From positions 126,773 to 158,772 of the forward strand of contig RQZE01000004.1 of assembly GCA_003858585.1 (NCBI GenBank): a stretch of DNA of 32,000 nucleotides, written 5' to 3'. The notes beneath the pieces were generated by a model. The model did no database searches. It saw nothing but the letters and a program-made list of their open reading frames with translations, and was not told the DNA's origin. Of the stretch, positions 25,985-32,000 are shown one piece after another. The DNA is from Erysipelotrichaceae bacterium OH741_COT-311. GTDB taxonomy: Bacteria; Bacillota_I; Bacilli_A; Erysipelotrichales; Erysipelotrichaceae. How positions within the stretch are numbered: the first letter of the stretch is position 1; every line of letters starts with the position of its first letter. Made by a program: the position numbers and the translations under genes.

Positions 25985-28375
25985 TTAGACTACAATATTA
26001 ATGACACGTCCTTTAATCACAAACATCTTTTTAATTTCTTTGCCTTCAATGTAACTTTGAATTGATGGATGTTGTAAAGCAATTTGTTTTAGTGTATCTT
26101 CTTGCTCATTTGGACTACCCTTAAACTTGCCTCTTAACTTTCCATTAATTTGTATTACAATTTCAATTTCTTCTAATACAAGCTTACTTTCATCATACTC
26201 TGGCCAAGGTTGATAAGCAATGGTTGCTTCATTTGTTAAATGATGATACATCTCTTCACCAAGATGTGGTGCAAAGCATGAAAGCATTTTTATGAAATTT
26301 AAAATATATTCTTTATAGATTTTATCTTGTTTGTAACATTCGTTAATGAATATCATCATTTGTGAAATCGCTGTGTTCAAACTTAATTGTTCAATATCTT
26401 CCGATACTTTCTTCACTGTGTAATTATAAATATAATCTAGTTTATGATCATTTTCATCCGTTAATTTATCCATTTCCATAACCAAACGATAAACACGTTC
26501 CAACCACTTACGAGAAGCTTCAACCCCTTGGTCATTCCAAGGTTTACTGGCCTCTAATGGTCCCATAAACATTTCATAGATTCTTAATGTATCTGCACCA
26601 TATTCTTTTACAATGACATTTGGATCAACGACAAACTCTGGGAAACGCTTTCCCATTTTAATTCCATTTGCACCTAAAATCATACCTTGATGTATTAACT
26701 TTTTAAATGGTTCTTTTACCGGAACGACACCTTGATCATATAAGAAATGATTCCACATACGAGCATACAGTAAATGTCCTACCGCATGTTCTGGACCACC
26801 GATATATAAATCCACTGGTAACCAATGTTTTAATAAGTCATAATCCGCTAAAGCATGTTCATTGTTAGGGTCAATATAACGCAAGAAATACCAACTACTA
26901 CCAGCAGAACCTGGCATTGTACTTGTTTCTCGAATCCCCTTTTTACCATCAATGGATACATGTAACCATTGACTAGCTTGTGATAAAGGAGATTGTCCAT
27001 TTAATGGACTATAATCTTTTAACTCTGGAAGAATAAGCGGTAAATCCTCATCTTTTAAAGTTACATACTCACGTCCATCCACCAAGATTACCGGAATTGG
27101 CTCTCCCCAATAACGTTGACGAGCAAAAATCCATTCACGTAAACGATAGTTCACTTTAGGATAACCCAACTTACGTTGTTGAAGATATTCAATCATTGCT
27201 GAAATAGCTTGTTCTTTATGCATACCATTTAAAAACTCTGAATTGATATACACTCCATCATTAGAATTTGCTTGAGTAGAAATATCTCCTTCAATCACCG
27301 GAATAATATCTAAATGAAATGTTTTTGCAAATTCGTAATCTCTTTGATCATGTGCAGGAACAGCCATAACTGCCCCACTTCCATAGCTTAACAAGACATA
27401 GTCACTAATCCAGATAGGAATTAATTTTTGATTCACAGGATTAATAGCATAGGCTCCTGTAAAGACACCTGTTTTTTCTTTTGTAGTATCATTTCGTTCA
27501 ATGTCACTCTTTAAACTTGCATATTCTTTATATTCTTTTACAGCATCTCGATACTCTTGAGTTGTAATAGTATCTACAAGCGGATGTTCTGGTGCTAACA
27601 CACAAAAAGTTGCCCCAAACAATGTATCTGGTCTAGTTGAAAATACATCGAATTGTTCTACACTATTATTTACCTTGAAATGAATAATAGCCCCTTGTGA
27701 TTTACCAATCCAATTTCTTTGCATTTCCTTGGTTGATTCTGGCCAATCAATTTCTTCTAAACCCTCTAATAGCTTTTCCGCATACGCTACAATATCAATT
27801 ACCCATTGTTTCATCATCTTGCGTACAACCGGATGATTTCCTCGCTCACTTTTGCCATCAATTACTTCATCATTAGCTAAAACCGTTCCTAAGGCTTCAC
27901 ACCAATTCACAGGCATTTCAATACATTTCGCTAAATTAGCTTCAAATAGTTTTTTAAAAATCCATTGTGTCCATTTATAAAATGAAGGATCACAAGTAGA
28001 TATTTCTTTGCTCCAATCATAAGAAAATCCCAACATTTTTAATTGTTGGCGAAAGGTTTCAATATTTTTCTCTGTAAAAGAAGCTGGATGATTCCCTGTT
28101 GCAATAGCATATTGCTCTGCAGGTAAACCAAAACTATCAAAACCCATTGGATGCAATACATTATAGCCTTCCATACGCTTTTTACGACAAATAATATCTG
28201 TAGCTGTATAGCCTTCTGGATGTCCTGCATGTAAACCTACACCACTAGGATATGGAAACATATCCAATGCATAGTATTTTGGTTTACTAAAATCATGAAC
28301 ATCCGTATAGAATGTTTGATGTTTTTGCCAGTATTCTTGCCACTTTTTTTCAATTTCCAAATGATTATAACTCAT
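25985..28375 (-). CDS. leuS: Leucine-tRNA ligase
   Basis: Class I HIGH (HAGHPEGY) and KMSKS-like (KMGKRF) motifs, the CP1 editing domain, and LeuS-typical blocks ([23 protein letters not shown]). 796 aa. Confidence 0.98.
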   Translation of the reverse strand: MSYNHLEIEKKWQEYWQKHQTFYTDVHDFSKPKYYALDMFPYPSGVGLHAGHPEGYTATDIICRKKRMEGYNVLHPMGFDSFGLPAEQYAIATGNHPASFTEKNIETFRQQLKMLGFSYDWSKEISTCDPSFYKWTQWIFKKLFEANLAKCIEMPVNWCEALGTVLANDEVIDGKSERGNHPVVRKMMKQWVIDIVAYAEKLLEGLEEIDWPESTKEMQRNWIGKSQGAIIHFKVNNSVEQFDVFSTRPDTLFGATFCVLAPEHPLVDTITTQEYRDAVKEYKEYASLKSDIERNDTTKEKTGVFTGAYAINPVNQKLIPIWISDYVLLSYGSGAVMAVPAHDQRDYEFAKTFHLDIIPVIEGDISTQANSNDGVYINSEFLNGMHKEQAISAMIEYLQQRKLGYPKVNYRLREWIFARQRYWGEPIPVILVDGREYVTLKDEDLPLILPELKDYSPLNGQSPLSQASQWLHVSIDGKKGIRETSTMPGSAGSSWYFLRYIDPNNEHALADYDLLKHWLPVDLYIGGPEHAVGHLLYARMWNHFLYDQGVVPVKEPFKKLIHQGMILGANGIKMGKRFPEFVVDPNVIVKEYGADTLRIYEMFMGPLEASKPWNDQGVEASRKWLERVYRLVMEMDKLTDENDHKLDYIYNYTVKKVSEDIEQLSLNTAISQMMIFINECYKQDKIYKEYILNFIKMLSCFAPHLGEEMYHHLTNEATIAYQPWPEYDESKLVLEEIEIVIQINGKLRGKFKGSPNEQEDTLKQIALQHPSIQSYIEGKEIKKMFVIKGRVINIVV

Positions 28376-28380
28376 AAAAT

Positions 28381-28586
28381 CCTCCTATAAATAAAAAAAG
28401 TACCTCTAAGGACGAATCATCGCGGTACCACCTTAGTTTATGTCTAAGACACACAACTCTTCCATTAACGCAGGTTCACGGATCACTCAGCTCCATCGAT
28501 AAGTTCAAATCAATTCTTTATCTATTTTCACCAACCATAGACTCTCTACAAAACAATTCAATTTTACTACTTCTTTTCATCGCTTT
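28381..28586 (-). promoter_or_regulatory. T-box riboswitch leader (leucine; candidate specifier codon CUU)
   Basis: The minus strand contains the T-box sequence AAACTAAGGTGGTACCGCG (about 28443-28421). Stem I elements are GTAGAGAG and GGTTGGTGAAAAT. A specifier-loop-like GAA-CTT-A has CTT at 28503-28501. A T7 run follows a hairpin just upstream of the leuS SD. Confidence 0.85.
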
Positions 28587-28592
28587 ATCTAA

Positions 28593-28621
28593 ATTTTAAA
28601 GAAATCAATTTTAATTGTCAA
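28593..28621 (-). promoter_or_regulatory. Sigma-A promoter for the T-box/leuS transcript (TTGACA-17-TAAAAT)
   Basis: On the minus strand, a consensus -35 TTGACA (28621-28616), a 17-nt spacer, then TAAAAT (28598-28593). Confidence 0.65.
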
Positions 28622-28690
28622 ATAAAATCACATTTATTTTATTAGCTTAATCGTTTCTTTTTCGTTATAATACCAACTAGGAGTGAAGTT

Positions 28691-29632
28691 ATGAATCCAT
28701 TTATATTTAGTAATGACAATAAACGTTATCATACGTACAATTATTATCTTAGACATACATACCATTCAAAGGTATATAAAGTTCCTTTAGATGCCGGATT
28801 TACATGTCCAAATCGAGATGGAACCAAAGGATATGGAGGTTGTACGTTCTGTTCCAGTGAAGGTAGCGGTGAATTTACCTTACCTAGTGAAAAAGATTTA
28901 GTGAAGCAATTCAACATCACCAAACAAATGATGGAAGCAAAATGGCCCAATAGCAAAGCCATTGCATATTTTCAATCTTATAGTAATACATATGGTAGTT
29001 TAACTCGTATTAAAGAATGTGTTTCCCCTTTTTTAAATATGGAAGAGGTGGTCGGAATTGCGATTGCGACTCGATGTGACTGTCTTGATGAAGAAAAAAT
29101 AAACTACTTGAATTCTTTATGTGATATTAAAGATATATGGATTGAATTAGGGTTACAAAGTAGTAATGAACAAACAGGAATTATGATAAATCGTGGTCAT
29201 GATTTTACGTGCTTTTTACAGTGTATGGACTTATTAAAAAACACTAAAATTAAAATATGTGTTCACATTATCAATGGGTTGCCTTATGAAACACAAGAAG
29301 ATATGCTTAAAACAATAAAAGATATTCGTCATTTGCGTTTTGATGCGTTAAAAATACATATGTTACATATTTCAAAGAACACCATTTTGCATTATCAATA
29401 TGACAAAAAAAAATTTCCTGTATTAACTTTAGAGGACTATGTGGATACCGTAATTAAACAATTAGAATTGCTACCGGCAAATATTGTTATACAGCGCCTT
29501 ACCGGTGATCCTGTAAAAGAAATGCTAGTAGAACCCACATGGGTATTAAATAAAACCAATGTACTCAATAGTATTGATAAAAAAATGGCAGCAAGTAATA
29601 CATATCAAGGAAGACTTTATGAGAAATATTAA
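28691..29632 (+). CDS. mnmL: Radical SAM protein, TIGR01212/YtqA (MnmL) family
   Basis: N-terminal cluster motif FTCPNRDGTKGYGGCTFCS, typical of the YtqA/YhcC family. About 313 aa, followed by a ytqB-type methyltransferase as in B. subtilis ytqA-ytqB. The symbol follows recent literature on mnm5s2U synthesis in Gram-positives, as I recall it. Confidence 0.8.
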   Translation: MNPFIFSNDNKRYHTYNYYLRHTYHSKVYKVPLDAGFTCPNRDGTKGYGGCTFCSSEGSGEFTLPSEKDLVKQFNITKQMMEAKWPNSKAIAYFQSYSNTYGSLTRIKECVSPFLNMEEVVGIAIATRCDCLDEEKINYLNSLCDIKDIWIELGLQSSNEQTGIMINRGHDFTCFLQCMDLLKNTKIKICVHIINGLPYETQEDMLKTIKDIRHLRFDALKIHMLHISKNTILHYQYDKKKFPVLTLEDYVDTVIKQLELLPANIVIQRLTGDPVKEMLVEPTWVLNKTNVLNSIDKKMAASNTYQGRLYEKY

Positions 29633-30146
29633 TACCCTAGCACATAGCCTTTTAAAGCCACATTTGCACAAAGAAGCAATTGCGATTGATGCAACAGCAG
29701 GCAATGGCAATGATACCCTTTTTTTAGCCAGTCATTGTCGTTTTGTTTATGCCTTTGATATTCAAAAAGAAAGTGAAATTAACACTAAAAAAAGACTAGA
29801 AGCTTTTAATAATTATAAATTTATTTTAGATAGTCACAGTAATTTAACCAACTATGTAAAAGATTCTGTAGATGTAGTCATGTTTAATCTTGGATACTTA
29901 CCAAAAAGTGATAGTACGATTATTACAAAGCCAAAAACAACAATTAGTGCATTATCACAAGCTTTACAATTGCTAAAACCGGATGGCTATCTTTCATTAT
30001 GTATTTACATTGGACATGATGGAGGAAAACAAGAACAAGAAGCAATTGAAGATTGGCTTTTAACACAAACAGACATTGAAGTTACAACTTATCAAAATGA
30101 TCATCCACTTGCTCCAATCTTAAAACTGATAAAAAAGCGTAAATAA
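29619..30146 (+). CDS. mnmM: SAM-dependent methyltransferase, YtqB (MnmM) family
   Basis: IDATAGNGNDTLFLA SAM-binding motif, MFNLGYLP, and about 175 aa. The start is taken at ATG 29619 (after AAGGAAG), which overlaps the upstream gene by 14 nt. Confidence 0.78.
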   Translation: MRNINTLAHSLLKPHLHKEAIAIDATAGNGNDTLFLASHCRFVYAFDIQKESEINTKKRLEAFNNYKFILDSHSNLTNYVKDSVDVVMFNLGYLPKSDSTIITKPKTTISALSQALQLLKPDGYLSLCIYIGHDGGKQEQEAIEDWLLTQTDIEVTTYQNDHPLAPILKLIKKRK

Positions 30147-30160
30147 GGTATAATGTTAGT

Positions 30161-31012
30161 ATGAAAAAGAAAGTAATCCTTACAATCGTTGTTGTTATCC
30201 TTTTAATTATTTCTATTGTCTTTTGGTCAATAACTGTTAGTCCTATTACTTATACAGTACGAAAAGTAACCATTAAAGATGAAAAAATACCATCACAATT
30301 AGATGATGTAACTATCGCTTTTTTCACTGATACACATATTGGAATGTTTACAGATCAAAAACGTTTTTCAAAGATGATAAAGGTCATTGAAGACTTACAT
30401 CCTGATGTTGTTATATTTGGAGGCGATTTATTTGACCATCCCGCTAAAAATATCCCATCACATCCGGATATTAATGAAGTAATTAATAAACTAAAACACA
30501 TCGAAGCTCCTTTAGGTAAATTTGCCGTATTTGGTAATCATGATTTAGAAGATGAAACTTCAAAAGAATTAATTATATCCATCTATAAAGAAAGTGATTT
30601 TGAATTATTGATCAATACCTCAAGAAAACTACATAACAAAGGTTCTCAATTTATCTATTTAGTTGGTATTGATTCCATGATTTTAGGAAATCCAAACATC
30701 GAAGAAGCCTTTCAGAATACTGATGATTCCACTTATATAATAAGTGTATGTCATACTCCGGATATTGCAGATGAAGCTAGTATATATTCCAATTATTTGT
30801 TTGCCGGTCATAGCCATGGCGGACAAATTTACATTCCTATCATCTCTTCCTTTTTAAATATACCTGGTGCTAAAAAATATATGAAAGGAAGTTATAAAAT
30901 CAATGATATGACATTAGATGTTTCAAATGGATTAGGTACGACTCGATATGATGCACGTTTCTTATCTGATTCAGAAGTAGTACTTTATACTTTAAAGCAT
31001 AAAGAAAAGTAA
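30161..31012 (+). CDS. Membrane-anchored calcineurin-like metallophosphoesterase (YkuE/YaeI-like)
   Basis: N-terminal TM, then DTHIG, GGDLFD, GNHD and GHSHGGQ motifs. Confidence 0.85.
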   Translation: MKKKVILTIVVVILLIISIVFWSITVSPITYTVRKVTIKDEKIPSQLDDVTIAFFTDTHIGMFTDQKRFSKMIKVIEDLHPDVVIFGGDLFDHPAKNIPSHPDINEVINKLKHIEAPLGKFAVFGNHDLEDETSKELIISIYKESDFELLINTSRKLHNKGSQFIYLVGIDSMILGNPNIEEAFQNTDDSTYIISVCHTPDIADEASIYSNYLFAGHSHGGQIYIPIISSFLNIPGAKKYMKGSYKINDMTLDVSNGLGTTRYDARFLSDSEVVLYTLKHKEK

Positions 31013-31054
31013 TATCTAAATACATTGTTGTTGATTATATCCATCTAATGCTTA

Positions 31055-31095
31055 AAAAACATTCAGGACATTATTTCCTGAATGTTTTATTTTCA
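31055..31095. terminator. Bidirectional terminator between the convergent metallophosphoesterase and GNAT genes
   Basis: ACATTCAGGA-cattatt-TCCTGAATGT, with T-runs on both strands. Confidence 0.75.
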
Positions 31096-31105
31096 TTCTA
31101 TTTTG

Positions 31106-31606
31106 CTAAATAGTTCGTTGATAACGATTGACACTACCTTCTGATTCATCTATCCAGTTAGGAATCTCTTCAATGAATTGAAAACCATGCTTTTTATAAA
31201 AAGGTATGCCCATATCATTCCCTGTAGTTACATTGACCTCTTGATACAAAATATTAAAATGTTCTTTTTGATACGTAGTTAGGAAAGTAAGTAAAGCACT
31301 ACCAATTCCTCTTCCTTTTAGATTTGGTTTCACATATAACACATAAATAAATCCAGCATCATCAGAAACAGCTCCACCAATACACCCCACAACCTTTTGA
31401 TTCTCTTCAGCAACTATATATCCATGCCAATCTTTTGATAAACTTTTACACTCTTGCTTAATACGATTAAGATTATAAAAATCAGAAATTACTTTTTCAA
31501 TGTATTCCTTTGAATATAGTTTTTCATATGTAACTCTCCATGCTTCACGACATATATCAGCAATCGCTTGAGCATCTTCTTCTCTTGCAAATCTAACTGT
31601 TATCAT
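31106..31606 (-). CDS. GNAT-family N-acetyltransferase
   Basis: Acetyl-CoA motif A VKPNLKGRGIGSALL and the typical ~165 aa size. The start is taken at ATG 31606; the track's start at 31615 is a GTG sitting 1 nt after the SD. Confidence 0.85.
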   Translation of the reverse strand: MITVRFAREEDAQAIADICREAWRVTYEKLYSKEYIEKVISDFYNLNRIKQECKSLSKDWHGYIVAEENQKVVGCIGGAVSDDAGFIYVLYVKPNLKGRGIGSALLTFLTTYQKEHFNILYQEVNVTTGNDMGIPFYKKHGFQFIEEIPNWIDESEGSVNRYQRTI

Positions 31607-31669
31607 AAAAATCACATCCTTTTAAAGTATTATAGTCTAATGTATTCAATAGTTCCATCTTATTCATCT

Positions 31670-31701
31670 CATAAAAAGTAGACACTTTGTAACATGTCTA
31701 C
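31670..31701 (-). terminator. Rho-independent terminator after the partial ABC ATPase gene
   Basis: On the minus strand, GTAGACA-tgttacaaag-TGTCTAC followed by TTTTTAT. Confidence 0.7.
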
Positions 31702-31703
31702 TT

Positions 31704-32000
31704 TTAAAAATCATTTAATTTTCCATCTTCAAGTTTAACACGTTGGTCGGATAAAGCACTTACGGTCTCTGAGTGTGTTACTACAATAACTGTTTTGCCA
31801 TACTCTTCCGTTAAGGTCTTAAAGACTTTGATAATTTCTCTTTCCGTTGCAGTATCTAAGTTCCCAGTCGGTTCATCGGCAAAAATTAAATCAACATTCG
31901 AGGCTATCGCTCTTGCAATCGCCACACGTTGTTGTTCTCCACCGGATAACTTTGAAATCAAACGGTCTGCTTTACTCTTTACAATCCCAAACTTCTCCAA
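31704..32000 (-). CDS. ABC transporter ATP-binding protein, C-terminal part (MacB/LolD/FtsE-like; gene starts beyond the right edge)
   Basis: Signature LSGGEQQRVAIARA, Walker B LIFADEPTGNLD, and H-loop VVTHS. Confidence 0.88.
   Translation of the reverse strand: MEKFGIVKSKADRLISKLSGGEQQRVAIARAIASNVDLIFADEPTGNLDTATEREIIKVFKTLTEEYGKTVIVVTHSETVSALSDQRVKLEDGKLNDF

Noticed and set aside
28039-28962. ORFs 28039-28230(-) and 28744-28962(-)
   Set aside because: The first is an alternative frame within leuS. The second is antisense to the radical SAM gene across its Cys-cluster motif.
29559-29618. 20-codon N-terminal extension of the YtqB-type methyltransferase
   Set aside because: It lies inside the upstream gene with no RBS. 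The ATG at 29619 has an AAGGAAG RBS and gives a family-typical length.

Overview
AT-rich, low-GC Firmicutes-type chromosome segment (standard code: TGA is used as a stop, Trp is TGG). It is densely packed, mostly on the minus strand, and mostly core housekeeping with Bacillus-like synteny. Order: rny(partial)-recA-pgsA-rodZ-like; rnpB (RNase P RNA)-gpsB, divergent from recU-ponA; a GntR(YtrA)-ABC ATPase-membrane protein module; ruvB-ruvA; obg; rpmA-prp-rplU with a structured leader; a TetR-HAD-MFS operon; an Mrp/ApbC-like ATPase overlapping a staphylococcal-nuclease-like lipoprotein; purA; a guanine-type riboswitch controlling purC-purF-purB-DUF1294; a T-box(Leu) leader preceding leuS-scpA-scpB-SGNH lipoprotein-DUF4358 lipoprotein; ytqA/ytqB-type (MnmL/MnmM) radical SAM plus methyltransferase; a metallophosphoesterase; a GNAT; and a partial ABC ATPase. 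Three structured RNAs absent from the ORF track can be read directly from conserved motifs: RNase P RNA, the purine riboswitch and the T-box. I saw no CRISPR array, transposase, integrase, phage gene, tRNA or rRNA. I found no convincing new multi-gene system. The most unusual items are: (1) a long C-terminal extension of PBP1A ending in an EGF-signature Cys motif; (2) the riboswitch, with non-canonical loops and an atypical expression platform; (3) the small DUF1294 membrane protein translationally coupled to purB; (4) the T-box leader apparently heading a leuS-scpAB-lipoprotein unit; (5) the GntR-ABC module, with four direct repeats around its promoter. All functional assignments rest on motif recognition by eye, with no database search run. 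Coordinates of RNA elements, promoters and terminators are approximate to a few nt.
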